Source of the DNA: Escherichia phage vB_EcoM_CRJP21
DNA length: 64,000 nucleotides
Sequence record: OQ708376.1
Direction: 5' to 3' (one strand)
Shown in pieces: positions 46,953 to 55,279 of the stretch. The notes under the pieces are model-generated. The model worked only from the letters and a program-made list of their open reading frames with translations. It ran no database searches and was not told the DNA's origin. Both the position numbers and the translations under genes were made by a program. Numbering within the stretch: position 1 is the first letter of the stretch; each line of letters begins with the position of its first letter.

Positions 46953-47202
46953 GCAGTTTACAAATCTTTACAATTGCCGGTATTGACTTATTTTGTCAGT
47001 ACTGGCATAATGTATTCATTGGCAGATAAGCCGTAGCCCATAGGGTGCGGGAGTGTATCTATAGAAAAATTAGTTTAGTATAGTTACAATTGTGCACCCG
47101 GTGGGTTAGCTGTTGTCATGGGGTATATTATACCAGTACTTGATAATGCTGTCAATACTTTTTTTTTACTATTCAGTACTGAAAACTATTTTTAAAAAGT
47201 AC

Positions 47203-47348
47203 TTGCAAACTATGTTTAAAGGCGTATAATGTTTTACATCAGGACGGGGAACGAAATAAGTAACTTCCCGTTAAGTAGCCCAGGAGTAAGGCACACGAAA
47301 AACTCCCCTGATAAAATAGTTTGACAAATGTTTTTAAAAGCGTATAAT
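47203..47348 (+). promoter_or_regulatory. tandem promoters (TTGCAA..TATAAT and TTGACA..TATAAT) flanking about 80 nt structured leader
   Basis: two consensus promoters about 118 bp apart; leader holds CGGGGAAC...CCCCG-type hairpins; second copy at 57123-57267. Confidence 0.55.
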
Positions 47349-47380
47349 ACTTACATCAACTACTGAATGAGGGTTACAAA

Positions 47381-47992
47381 ATGAAAACTATCACTACTAC
47401 TACTTATGTTATGGCTTTTTCTGAATTGAACGCAGAACAACAAACGTCAGCTATCGAACTGGTTCGGGAACGTGAAAAAAACTCAAACGACAATTATTTT
47501 TCTGAAAGTGAAATTGAATACTATAAAGAAACAGTACTACCGGAATATGGCATTAATGACGCTGAAATACAATTCAGTGGTTTTTGGTCCCAGGGTGACG
47601 GTGCATCAATCAGTACTGACCACGTTGACGCAGTGAAGTTTTTACGCAAGGTAAGAGCATTAACTAAGTATCGCTCAATCCGTCACTTGCTGAATGAAGA
47701 TGATTTGGCGATGAGTGTAAAACGTTCGCACTCCCACTACTCGCATGAGAATACTGTAAGCGGGTACATTGAATCGGCTTACACTGATTTAACCGCAAAA
47801 CAAGAAACGTTAGTTAATGAGCTTGAGGAACTACTCACTGAAACTATTCGTGAATTGTCCCGCAAGTTGTACCGTGATTTAGAGAATGCATATGAGGATC
47901 AATTCACTACTGAAAACATTACGGCACTGATTGAGGGTAACGAATATCAATTCAATGTTATTGATGGCGTAGTAGAATCAATCGAATATTAA
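47381..47992 (+). CDS. hypothetical protein (203 aa)
   Basis: ORF after tandem promoter element; GAGGGT RBS. Confidence 0.6.
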   Translation: MKTITTTTYVMAFSELNAEQQTSAIELVREREKNSNDNYFSESEIEYYKETVLPEYGINDAEIQFSGFWSQGDGASISTDHVDAVKFLRKVRALTKYRSIRHLLNEDDLAMSVKRSHSHYSHENTVSGYIESAYTDLTAKQETLVNELEELLTETIRELSRKLYRDLENAYEDQFTTENITALIEGNEYQFNVIDGVVESIEY

Positions 47993-48005
47993 TTTAAAAA
48001 GTACT

Positions 48006-48075
48006 TGCAAACTAAGTTTAAAAGCGTATAATACTTTATATCGAGAGCGGGAATAGTTCCCGCTACTAATGAGGA
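48006..48075 (+). promoter_or_regulatory. promoter TTGCAA..TATAAT + 5' stem-loop AGCGGGAATAGTTCCCGCT
   Basis: cassette architecture. Confidence 0.6.
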
Positions 48076-48084
48076 ATACTACAA

Positions 48085-48249
48085 ATGAATACTTTTACCT
48101 TCGCTCAATTGAACGCCCTGGATGTATTGTCTGATGCTTTGCGGGATGCAACTGAAAGCGGTTTATTTGACAATGTTGACATTCACCCTGATGTAATTAA
48201 TAATTTTTGTGATGCTATCGCAGAAGTACTGGAAGATCTAAAAAAATAA
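48085..48249 (+). CDS. hypothetical acidic protein (54 aa)
   Basis: GAGGAAT RBS after promoter/hairpin cassette; below track cutoff. Confidence 0.45.
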   Translation: MNTFTFAQLNALDVLSDALRDATESGLFDNVDIHPDVINNFCDAIAEVLEDLKK

Positions 48250-48258
48250 TAGAAAGTA

Positions 48259-48319
48259 CTTGCAATTAGTTTTCAGTACTGTATAATGGTTTACATCAAA
48301 GGGAGAAATGGTTCTCCCT
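48259..48319 (+). promoter_or_regulatory. promoter TTGCAA-N18-TATAAT + 5' stem-loop GGGAGAA-ATGG-TTCTCCC
   Basis: cassette architecture. Confidence 0.6.
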
Positions 48320-48337
48320 GGTAATGAGGAAAATACA

Positions 48338-48559
48338 ATGGCTAATATCACTACTCTTTCCCAACTGGAAGCACTGGTTAAATCTATGCGGGAACATGCT
48401 GACAAAATCGGCGTACAAGATCCAGCCGTTTGCTTCTGCGACGAATTGAATGATGATACCCTGGTAATAGCAGAAGTCCAGGACGTTTCTAACTATTCCT
48501 CGCGTTACACTGGCGGCGTAGCAAATAAAGGTGACTTCTGTTTATACCTTACAAAATAA
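48338..48559 (+). CDS. hypothetical protein (73 aa)
   Basis: ORF track 48308-48559; ATG 48338 after GAGGAAAAT. Confidence 0.55.
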   Translation: MANITTLSQLEALVKSMREHADKIGVQDPAVCFCDELNDDTLVIAEVQDVSNYSSRYTGGVANKGDFCLYLTK

Positions 48560-48563
48560 CAAC

Positions 48564-48593
48564 GCGGGGAGATAATAACTCCCCGTTACTTTT
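48564..48593 (+). terminator. intrinsic terminator (CGGGGAG-N-CTCCCCG + T-run)
   Basis: hairpin + TTACTTTTT. Confidence 0.6.
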
Positions 48594-48727
48594 TCAGTAC
48601 TGAATCATTTAATAGACGGATCTCGGCACCCGGTGGGTTAGTGACTGTTTCGTCTTGATGTAGTAATTATGCCAGTACTGGATGCACTTGTCAACAATTA
48701 TTTTCCAAATACTTTTTATTAAAATAC

Positions 48728-48783
48728 TTGCAATTAGTTTTTAAACGCGTATAATGTTTTGCATAGGGGGAGCGGTTCCCCTG
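48728..48783 (+). promoter_or_regulatory. promoter TTGCAA..TATAAT + 5' G-rich stem-loop
   Basis: cassette architecture. Confidence 0.55.
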
Positions 48784-48802
48784 GTAACTAAGGAATAATA
48801 AA

Positions 48803-49039
48803 ATGCTTGAACAAATCAAATCAACGTCTTCGAATGTAACGGGAACGGTAGCACACTTTACTAGTGATGAATCGCGGGGCGTTCCCTATTGTGCTGTACA
48901 TGTAAACACTGAGGGTAACTACTGGTTTACGGTTTACGGATCATATTCATTTGGACGGCCTGGACATCAAAAAATTCTGGATAAAGTACAACCAACGGGT
49001 AAAAATATCACTGCCGAAATGTTTTATAAAAAATCATAA
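48803..49039 (+). CDS. hypothetical protein (78 aa)
   Basis: AAGGAAT RBS. Confidence 0.55.
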   Translation: MLEQIKSTSSNVTGTVAHFTSDESRGVPYCAVHVNTEGNYWFTVYGSYSFGRPGHQKILDKVQPTGKNITAEMFYKKS

Positions 49040-49044
49040 AGTAC

Positions 49045-49103
49045 TTGCAATTAGTTTTTAGTACTGTATAATATTTTACATCGCAAGGGGAAACGGTTTC
49101 CCC
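49045..49103 (+). promoter_or_regulatory. promoter TTGCAA-N16-TATAAT + 5' stem-loop GGGGAAAC-GG-TTTCCCC
   Basis: cassette architecture. Confidence 0.6.
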
Positions 49104-49123
49104 TGGTAACTAAGGATAATCAA

Positions 49124-49423
49124 ATGAAAATTGCAATCATCGCCCTGGCTTTATCTGTTTCCTCTTTCGCTGTTAATGCGTCATTAGATGTAAGTAGTGA
49201 AAAATTCATTCAGTGCACTGTTGCAATGACCGATGAAAGAACTGGCGAGATTGTATTAAAGGATTTAGAGATCCAGCCGGAAGCATTTAAAAACGGCCCG
49301 TTCCATGAAGAAGACGAAAACGGTAGCACGACAATTTATTATGATGCCAGTACTAAACGCGGTTCGGTCACTGTAATGGATACCGAGAAAGTAACTCATA
49401 CCGGCGTTATTAATTGCCGTTGA
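49124..49423 (+). CDS. secreted protein (signal peptide)
   Basis: N-terminus MKIAIIALALSVSSFAVNAS. Confidence 0.55.
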   Translation: MKIAIIALALSVSSFAVNASLDVSSEKFIQCTVAMTDERTGEIVLKDLEIQPEAFKNGPFHEEDENGSTTIYYDASTKRGSVTVMDTEKVTHTGVINCR

Positions 49424-49444
49424 TAGATACTACGGGGTAACATC

Positions 49445-49675
49445 ATGACTAAGCGAATTGTTTTACTTAACGAAAGCAGTACTACACAACTACTTAACGC
49501 CGTGCATTATGATATTGAAACGAGCGTTAATCTTATCAGTACTGTAGTTCTGTTGGACACTGGAAAGGTAGCCAATGATAAAGCGATTGCAGGTATACTA
49601 ACGGATCTTGTGCCTGGTAGCAGTGCACCAATAACGTTAAATGGTAAAGTGTTTAATATTTTACTCACTGATTAA
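49445..49675 (+). CDS. hypothetical protein (76 aa)
   Basis: ORF in track; GGGG-rich RBS. Confidence 0.45.
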   Translation: MTKRIVLLNESSTTQLLNAVHYDIETSVNLISTVVLLDTGKVANDKAIAGILTDLVPGSSAPITLNGKVFNILLTD

Positions 49676-49681
49676 GTACAT

Positions 49682-49709
49682 AGCCCACCTGGTGGGCTTT
49701 TTTGTTTTT
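49682..49709 (+). terminator. intrinsic terminator (AGCCCACC-TGGT-GGGCT + T-run)
   Basis: hairpin + T6GT5. Confidence 0.7.
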
Positions 49710-49757
49710 GTAGTATCGTAGTACTGAGATACTTTGAAAATAGTTTTAAAAAAGTAG

Positions 49758-49785
49758 TTGACATTACCACAGAAAAGCGTAGAAT
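49758..49785 (+). promoter_or_regulatory. promoter TTGACA-N16-TAGAAT with about 120 nt leader
   Basis: hexamers read; long leader before ATG 49909. Confidence 0.5.
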
Positions 49786-49908
49786 GTATTACATCAAGAC
49801 GGGGAGCACTAAGTAGACCGCCAGTAAGTCGAACGAAAAACTGGACACGTCGAGAAAACTTTGATACACTAATAAACGTAAACTAAACTTTAATTGAGGA
49901 TTTATAAA

Positions 49909-50391
49909 ATGGCTAATGTAAAATCATTCATCAAAGCACTGGTAGCAAATGAAACTAACGTCGCGGCTGAGATCCTGGCTGAACTGGATAACGATACCAT
50001 GAAAGCGGTACGCAACAATTTTAACATTGCGTACAGTGAAGCTAAAGAACTGCAAGCCAAAAAGGTAGCAGAACTGGAAGAACAGAAAAAAGCCCGTGAA
50101 GCAGAACTACAAGCAACAATTGAAAGTATTCAGGCGGCAGTGTCTGGATTGGATCTGGAAGTGGTTGTAGAAATGGCACATAAAGCCCTGGCGGTTAAGT
50201 ACGGTGAAGATAAGCCGGAATCTAAACCTAAAAAATGGATTCAAGAACGTGTTACTGTAGTACTTGATAACGGTGAAGAACATTTGATTCCTGTACGCGG
50301 TAACTGCATTGCGGTAGTACTGGACGCTATCAAAGAAAGCGGTATGACTCGCGAGGAATGGATCGAAGCTCATCGCAAAGTTGAAGCATAA
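49909..50391 (+). CDS. hypothetical protein (160 aa)
   Basis: ORF track 49894-50391; ATG 49909 after GAGGAT. Confidence 0.55.
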   Translation: MANVKSFIKALVANETNVAAEILAELDNDTMKAVRNNFNIAYSEAKELQAKKVAELEEQKKAREAELQATIESIQAAVSGLDLEVVVEMAHKALAVKYGEDKPESKPKKWIQERVTVVLDNGEEHLIPVRGNCIAVVLDAIKESGMTREEWIEAHRKVEA

Positions 50392-50412
50392 CAATTAAAG
50401 TACTGAATCACT

Positions 50413-50439
50413 AGCCCACCTTAAACAGTGGGCTTTTTT
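50413..50439 (+). terminator. intrinsic terminator (AGCCCAC-N-GTGGGCT + T6)
   Basis: hairpin + T-run after gene stop. Confidence 0.7.
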
Positions 50440-50593
50440 GTGTCTGTAGTATTCCAGTCCACCAGCACCGCCTAGAATCGATTCTAACGCATTAAACTGA
50501 TTATCTGATACATCGCCCTAGCTGGTGGCGTTAAGGTCGTTAGAATGCGATTGAGAGCGTTTAAAGTATTTTGCAAAAAGTAATAAAAAGTAC

Positions 50594-50655
50594 TTGCACG
50601 ATTAAGAGATTAGCGTATAATGTTTTACATCGAGAGGGGGAAACGGTTCTCCTTC
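50594..50655 (+). promoter_or_regulatory. promoter TTGCAC..TATAAT + 5' stem-loop
   Basis: cassette architecture. Confidence 0.55.
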
Positions 50656-50676
50656 CAAATCAAAGGAATCAAAACA

Positions 50677-50904
50677 ATGGCTATTATCATTACTCGCGTA
50701 TCTGGTACTACTGGCAACGAACAAGTAGTTGCAGTCATTACTAACAAGGCAGGTGCGGAATTGCAAAATGCAATGAATACCTGGGCCGTTAATGAGTTCG
50801 GTCAGTGGGCAAGTGTAGCATACATTGAAACCTATCAAGTGCCGTCGATTAGTTTAACTGATTTGGGCGTTGAGCGTATCCTTTGCCTGGATGAATTAAA
50901 TTAA
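50677..50904 (+). CDS. hypothetical protein (75 aa)
   Basis: ORF track 50620-50904; ATG 50677 after AAGGAAT. Confidence 0.55.
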   Translation: MAIIITRVSGTTGNEQVVAVITNKAGAELQNAMNTWAVNEFGQWASVAYIETYQVPSISLTDLGVERILCLDELN

Positions 50905-50913
50905 AAAAAGTAC

Positions 50914-50973
50914 TTGCAAAGTAAATCGAATAAAGTATAATACATTACATCAAGGGGAGAAATGATTCTCCCC
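50914..50973 (+). promoter_or_regulatory. promoter TTGCAA-N16-TATAAT + 5' stem-loop GGGGAGAA-ATGA-TTCTCCCC
   Basis: cassette architecture. Confidence 0.6.
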
Positions 50974-50990
50974 ACTACAAGGAAACTAAA

Positions 50991-51203
50991 ATGGCTATCA
51001 TTACTAAAATCAAAGTTAACAAGACTATCGTTAAACTGGCAGAAGTGAAAGAAGGTTATAAAGTATCTTGGTGCGGTATGTATCGGACGTTCGCAGATAT
51101 AGATGATGCGATCAATTATTACAGTGACACGGTTAAAAACTTTGTTCGTGCTGATGTGGTTATGGCAGTGGCAACATATAAAGCAGCGAAAGAAAGTAAG
51201 TAA
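50991..51203 (+). CDS. hypothetical protein (70 aa)
   Basis: AAGGAAAC RBS. Confidence 0.55.
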   Translation: MAIITKIKVNKTIVKLAEVKEGYKVSWCGMYRTFADIDDAINYYSDTVKNFVRADVVMAVATYKAAKESK

Positions 51204-51226
51204 AAATATTATCACAGTACTATTGA

Positions 51227-51261
51227 CATAGTTTGATAGTACTGGCATAATAGATTTTATC
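51227..51261 (+). promoter_or_regulatory. promoter with embedded palindrome AGTACTAT-TGACATAGTTTG-ATAGTACT (operator-like), -10 CATAAT
   Basis: 8 bp inverted arms flank -35 TTGACA and spacer; the same or a closely related palindrome architecture recurs at 46292, 53833, 54093, 58262 and 61888. Confidence 0.55.
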
Positions 51262-51294
51262 AAGACGACACATATTAATTTAAGGAATACTAAA

Positions 51295-51618
51295 ATGGCT
51301 AAAACTATCATCAACACCGTTTCCCTGGCTGCAATCCATGCAATCAATGTTGACGGTAAACGTTGGACTGATTCATATGGCAATACTTATCATTCTTGTC
51401 ATGTAAGCGTTGAACTGGATAACGGCTTGAATGATCTGGCGGTTGAATCATTTACTTATGGCTATGAGGATGCATATCAACAAACGGCGGTATCACTCTT
51501 AAAGGAATCAGTAGACGGGCTTGATACTGTTGAAACCTCCCTCTATCGTTTGTGCAATGATCTTAATATCCCGTTGCATTGTACTGTACAGGATGTAAAA
51601 CGTAAAAAAGATCTTTAA
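51295..51618 (+). CDS. hypothetical protein (107 aa); paralog of 57926-58249
   Basis: shared W/RWTD-x-GNTYHSC, FTYGY, DVKRKKD segments. Confidence 0.6.
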   Translation: MAKTIINTVSLAAIHAINVDGKRWTDSYGNTYHSCHVSVELDNGLNDLAVESFTYGYEDAYQQTAVSLLKESVDGLDTVETSLYRLCNDLNIPLHCTVQDVKRKKDL

Positions 51619-51698
51619 TTAGCTTTACTTTATGCAGATACTTTGATATAGTGTCTGCATAGGGGAAAGAAATTAAATCAACTTAAGAGGAAAGTAAA

Positions 51699-51968
51699 AT
51701 GAAAAATATCAGTACTTTAATCGATGCAGGTACACATGTTCGTCGGTCTATGGTTGCAACCAGTTCTACAAAACAAGTAGCGAGCGGTTATCTTGTATTT
51801 GTGCACGATGGAAAACTCCTGGAACGTTCAATCAATTTTGATGTTAAAAACAATTGCCGTTTTATTATCTTTCGCCGTGAACAATATAAAATTGATTTGC
51901 CAGCGAAGCCCATTAGCGGGGCGTACAACGTGCAATCATTGTTTGAGCGTCAACCTTACACCTATTAA
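51699..51968 (+). CDS. hypothetical protein (89 aa)
   Basis: AGAGGAAAGT RBS. Confidence 0.5.
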   Translation: MKNISTLIDAGTHVRRSMVATSSTKQVASGYLVFVHDGKLLERSINFDVKNNCRFIIFRREQYKIDLPAKPISGAYNVQSLFERQPYTY

Positions 51969-52019
51969 TCAAAACATCGTTAGCGGTCGATTTAGGCCGC
52001 TTATATTGGGGATTATACC

Positions 52020-52292
52020 ATGAACGTTAATCAAGTACTGAATGAGATCGAAAGCATCATTAAACCGATGAAGCGTACTGATGCTATGTTAACACCGGAA
52101 GAATGCCGCCTTTATGAGCGTTACAGCGTCGAACAAGTCCAGGCAATGGCTATGGCTACCCCAGCCGTTTCACCGCCTGAGAATGCGTTACAGGACGTTA
52201 CAGGGGATTATATCATTAATCCAGTACTAGGGAAGATGACTGCAATCACCGAAGATCAAAAAGACTACTTAAGCCAGTACTTAAAAGGTTAA
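52020..52292 (+). CDS. hypothetical protein (90 aa)
   Basis: ORF in track. Confidence 0.5.
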   Translation: MNVNQVLNEIESIIKPMKRTDAMLTPEECRLYERYSVEQVQAMAMATPAVSPPENALQDVTGDYIINPVLGKMTAITEDQKDYLSQYLKG

Positions 52293-52297
52293 TTAAT

Positions 52298-52507
52298 ATG
52301 CTTACTGTACAGGATAAGATCGACATCTTAAAGGTTAATATGTATGTGATTGATGCCGTACCTGGTAAAGTATTTGCATACGATGATAGTACTGTAAGCG
52401 ATTTCTACTATAGCCAGGACGTGGGGGATCTTTCTGTACAGTCGGTTATTGAAAACGTAGTTAATGCAGCGTATGAGCATTTACTTTCAAATAGTACTTG
52501 CAATTAG
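52298..52507 (+). CDS. hypothetical protein (69 aa)
   Basis: ORF in track; 3' end overlaps next promoter. Confidence 0.45.
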   Translation: MLTVQDKIDILKVNMYVIDAVPGKVFAYDDSTVSDFYYSQDVGDLSVQSVIENVVNAAYEHLLSNSTCN

Positions 52508-52557
52508 TTTTTAAACGCGTATAATGTTTTACATGAAGGGGAGAAATGATTCTCCCC
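52498..52557 (+). promoter_or_regulatory. promoter TTGCAA-N16-TATAAT + 5' stem-loop GGGGAGAA-ATGA-TTCTCCCC
   Basis: cassette architecture. Confidence 0.6.
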
Positions 52558-52575
52558 AATAACAGGAGAAACAAA

Positions 52576-52728
52576 ATGAAACAATACAACGCTCGGTTTG
52601 ATGTTACTATCGGTAACGGCAAAGGTCAATTCTCTTTCAGTACTCGCCGCAGTTATACAGAAAACTTCCTGCGTAATTGTGCACTGACCGCCGCTCAAAT
52701 TAAACACTATTTTCAGGCTAAAAAATGA
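52576..52728 (+). CDS. hypothetical basic protein (50 aa)
   Basis: ORF track 52546-52728; ATG 52576 after AGGAGAAAC. Confidence 0.45.
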   Translation: MKQYNARFDVTIGNGKGQFSFSTRRSYTENFLRNCALTAAQIKHYFQAKK

Positions 52729-52814
52729 AATCATTAGCTTATTACAGTTCGGCCCTGGTCGGTGCATTGATCGCGGCATTGTTAGTAACCTATCTATTCT
52801 TTATGGTGATTTAA
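52725..52814 (+). CDS. putative membrane micro-protein (29 aa)
   Basis: ATGA overlap with upstream stop; single hydrophobic helix; speculative. Confidence 0.25.
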   Translation: MKSLAYYSSALVGALIAALLVTYLFFMVI

Positions 52815-52958
52815 ATGAATCCAACAGGTTTAAACTATAAAAGTTGTTCTGCATTTACGAAAGCAAATAAAGCGAATGCACGTAAAGCGAAAGTACAGGA
52901 ATACATCAAGCAAGGCATGACGCGAAAAGCGGCGATTATAAAAGCTAAAAATAAATGA
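52815..52958 (+). CDS. putative basic micro-protein (47 aa)
   Basis: ATG directly after upstream stop; ends at terminator element; speculative. Confidence 0.25.
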   Translation: MNPTGLNYKSCSAFTKANKANARKAKVQEYIKQGMTRKAAIIKAKNK

Positions 52959-52963
52959 AAAAA

Positions 52964-52996
52964 GTGGTTGACTTCGGTCAGCCATTTTGTTATTAT
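52964..52996 (+). terminator. bifunctional terminator/promoter element (variant)
   Basis: GGTTGAC-TTCG-GTCAGCC; TATTAT downstream. Confidence 0.55.
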
Positions 52997-53089
52997 ATAT
53001 TCATTGAGAGATAGCTCACTAGCCCACAGGGTGCAGGAGTGTATCTATTGTATGAGTATTGAGTACTGAAAACTATTTTTAAAAAGTAC

Positions 53090-53148
53090 TTGCAAACTAT
53101 CTCAATAAGCGTATAATGTTTTACATCGAAAGGGGAAACGGTTTCCCC
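53090..53148 (+). promoter_or_regulatory. promoter TTGCAA-N16-TATAAT + 5' stem-loop GGGGAAAC-GG-TTTCCCC
   Basis: cassette architecture. Confidence 0.6.
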
Positions 53149-53168
53149 TGGTAATAAGGAAACAAATC

Positions 53169-53510
53169 ATGACTATCTCAATTGCTCAATCTAACTTTGA
53201 AAATGAAATCATCGCCCAGGCACTGCGTTTAAATGATGGTCGGGCCGAAATTAATTACGGTTTCAATTCAGGCGGTTGCGAAAAATATCAGTACTTTGTA
53301 ACGGCTGATGGCGGTGTCCTGGGTATCAATACAGTTATTGTAAACATCCAAAAAATTAATTTCAATGATCCAGACGATAGCCAGTTTTACATCACTGGCG
53401 TAGACGTGAACTATGAGGATGACTCACTAACTGATGATCACACTGGCGAGCGGTTAGAAAGTGCATACGGTGAAGATGATTATCAGTCCGGTCCAGAAGA
53501 TTTCGAATAA
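53169..53510 (+). CDS. hypothetical acidic protein (113 aa)
   Basis: AAGGAAAC RBS. Confidence 0.55.
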   Translation: MTISIAQSNFENEIIAQALRLNDGRAEINYGFNSGGCEKYQYFVTADGGVLGINTVIVNIQKINFNDPDDSQFYITGVDVNYEDDSLTDDHTGERLESAYGEDDYQSGPEDFE

Positions 53511-53524
53511 TATAAAAAAATAGT

Positions 53525-53584
53525 TTGACAATAGATTATAGTACTGTATAATAGTTTACATCAAGGGGAGAAAAACTTCTCCCC
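53525..53584 (+). promoter_or_regulatory. promoter TTGACA-N16-TGTATAAT + 5' stem-loop
   Basis: cassette architecture. Confidence 0.6.
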
Positions 53585-53606
53585 ACTAACAGAGAGAGAA
53601 AACAAA

Positions 53607-53819
53607 ATGGCTAATATCCGGTCGAAATTAAAAAATGCAAAACAAGTTTTATTTTCAGATCATGAATACTTTAATAAAGATATTACAGGAGTTACAAGTA
53701 TCAAGGAAGTAAAAGAAAAAACCGGCGTTTTGTGTGATGTGCGATTAGTTGGAACATTTGGGAATAACGTGCTATATCGCTGCGGTGATTACAATTTTAC
53801 ACTGACTATCATTAACTAA
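53607..53819 (+). CDS. hypothetical protein (70 aa)
   Basis: AGAGAGAGA RBS-like. Confidence 0.5.
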   Translation: MANIRSKLKNAKQVLFSDHEYFNKDITGVTSIKEVKEKTGVLCDVRLVGTFGNNVLYRCGDYNFTLTIIN

Positions 53820-53832
53820 AAATATTATCACA

Positions 53833-53867
53833 GTACTATTGACATAGTTTGATAGTACTGACATAAT
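53833..53867 (+). promoter_or_regulatory. palindrome-containing promoter (AGTACTATTGACATAGTTTGATAGTACT)
   Basis: same architecture as 51227. Confidence 0.55.
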
Positions 53868-53901
53868 AACTTTTATCAACTACACTATTAAGGAATTAAA
53901 A

Positions 53902-54081
53902 ATGGCTATCATCGCAAAAACTGAAATCGTTGGTCTGGATTCTATCATCATGACGTTTGAAGATCAAAAAGGTATGTATGTAGTTTCATATGGTGATTAT
54001 GTTCGGGAGTATGAAACGGTAGACGAAGCCTTTGAAAGTTACATTCGCCAGGTGAATAAAGCATACGACGATTACCGCTAA
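53902..54081 (+). CDS. hypothetical protein (59 aa)
   Basis: AAGGAAT RBS; below track cutoff. Confidence 0.45.
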   Translation: MAIIAKTEIVGLDSIIMTFEDQKGMYVVSYGDYVREYETVDEAFESYIRQVNKAYDDYR

Positions 54082-54092
54082 AATATATTACC

Positions 54093-54136
54093 AGTACTAT
54101 TAAAGATATTGACAACGTTTGATAGTACTGTATAAT
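54093..54136 (+). promoter_or_regulatory. palindrome-containing promoter (AGTACTAT..TTGACA..ATAGTACTG TATAAT)
   Basis: same architecture as 51227. Confidence 0.55.
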
Positions 54137-54180
54137 AAGTTTTATCAACAGTAGTTAACTTAACCTAAGAGAGAAATAAA

Positions 54181-54324
54181 ATGATCGCACTGGATTCATT
54201 CATCGACGCAGTACTGGCAAAAACTGGCGAGGATCTGACCGCAGAACAATACGCAATGATCGAGCAATGCCAGCAAGACGGTAAATCGGTGAAAGATACT
54301 GTTAAGATTATCCGCAAGATGTAA
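54181..54324 (+). CDS. hypothetical protein (47 aa)
   Basis: AGAGAGAAAT RBS-like; below track cutoff. Confidence 0.4.
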   Translation: MIALDSFIDAVLAKTGEDLTAEQYAMIEQCQQDGKSVKDTVKIIRKM

Positions 54325-54330
54325 GATTAT

Positions 54331-54362
54331 AGCCCACTGGTTAACGCTGGTGGGCTTTAATT
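54331..54362 (+). terminator. terminator-like hairpin AGCCCACTGG-N-CCAGCGGGCT-like with weak T tract
   Basis: inverted repeat read; T-run weak. Confidence 0.4.
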
Positions 54363-54429
54363 CATTACCCTATACAATGCCAGTACTAAACCGTTTATCT
54401 CGTTAGAATGCGTTACAGGACGTTTAACA

Positions 54430-54627
54430 ATGATTAGCATGAAATCAGTACAAAAACAAATAGAAACATTATCAAAAATTAAACGTAAACAGTACTCCTT
54501 AGAATATACAATCAATGGTAACTATCATCTAATGAAAGAGAATAATTTTATAGTCATTGATGAATCATTGCAAATCATTAGTATAGTACTGAAAGCATTA
54601 ATCAATGACAGAAAAAAATTAAAATAA
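54430..54627 (+). CDS. hypothetical protein (65 aa)
   Basis: ORF in track; AT-rich. Confidence 0.4.
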   Translation: MISMKSVQKQIETLSKIKRKQYSLEYTINGNYHLMKENNFIVIDESLQIISIVLKALINDRKKLK

Positions 54628-54631
54628 ACTA

Positions 54632-54660
54632 TTGACAATATCATCAAGTACTGGCATAAT
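54632..54660 (+). promoter_or_regulatory. promoter TTGACA-N17-CATAAT
   Basis: hexamers read; followed by about 300 nt without a + strand ORF. Confidence 0.5.
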
Positions 54661-54958
54661 ACTTACATCAAGACGAGAACGTCACTAACCCATAGGGTGC
54701 ACAAATGTAACTGTATAATATTGATCAAAAAATGATCTGATCAATACTTGATCAATTTGCGTAAAGTAGTATAATTCTATGCAGTTGGTTAGACGAAAGG
54801 TTATGATTAGTAGTGCAAGTGTATAAAAATTTTCATGGTGTATCGTTTCGCACATATGGGGATGAATATGTGGTATCATGTGGATTGGAAAAAGTAAGAA
54901 CAAGTAATATTATTGTCGCATTACAGTACTATAGTATTTTTATAATGAGGTTAAAATA

Positions 54959-55216
54959 ATGGCTGTAGGATTCGCGAAAGATGGGGCCGAACAAGACGAG
55001 ATTAACGCAGTGATTCAGGCCGCCGTTAACCACGCTAGAAAGCAAATTAACGCACAAATAGAATCACTGATACATTGCCTCGACTGCGGCGATATAATCC
55101 CTGAGAATCGACGCCAGGCCGTTAAGGGATGTAAGTACTGCATAACTTGCCAGGAGGATCATGATAGTACTTTTAAACGTCCCCCGCGTAATTGTTGGCA
55201 TAGATCTATGAGATAA
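54959..55216 (+). CDS. DksA/TraR family C4-type zinc-finger protein
   Basis: CLDCGDIIPENRRQAVKGCKYCITCQ matches TraR-type C-x2-C-x17-C-x2-C pattern with conserved IP..RR. Confidence 0.6.
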   Translation: MAVGFAKDGAEQDEINAVIQAAVNHARKQINAQIESLIHCLDCGDIIPENRRQAVKGCKYCITCQEDHDSTFKRPPRNCWHRSMR

Positions 55217-55222
55217 AAAGTA

Positions 55223-55250
55223 TTGACAGTACTGAAAGATAGTGTATAAT
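55223..55250 (+). promoter_or_regulatory. promoter TTGACA-N16-TATAAT
   Basis: consensus hexamers. Confidence 0.55.
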
Positions 55251-55279
55251 GTTTTATATCTTAACTGAGGATAGAAATC

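Noticed and set aside
50901-51383. Minus-strand ORF of 160 aa
   Set aside because: It overlaps two + strand genes that have their own promoters, hairpins and RBSs, and has no RBS of its own; likely a shadow ORF.
54685-54903. Minus-strand 72 aa ORF in the leader upstream of the DksA/TraR-like gene
   Set aside because: No RBS and antisense to a promoter-driven leader; kept only as part of the non-coding region finding.
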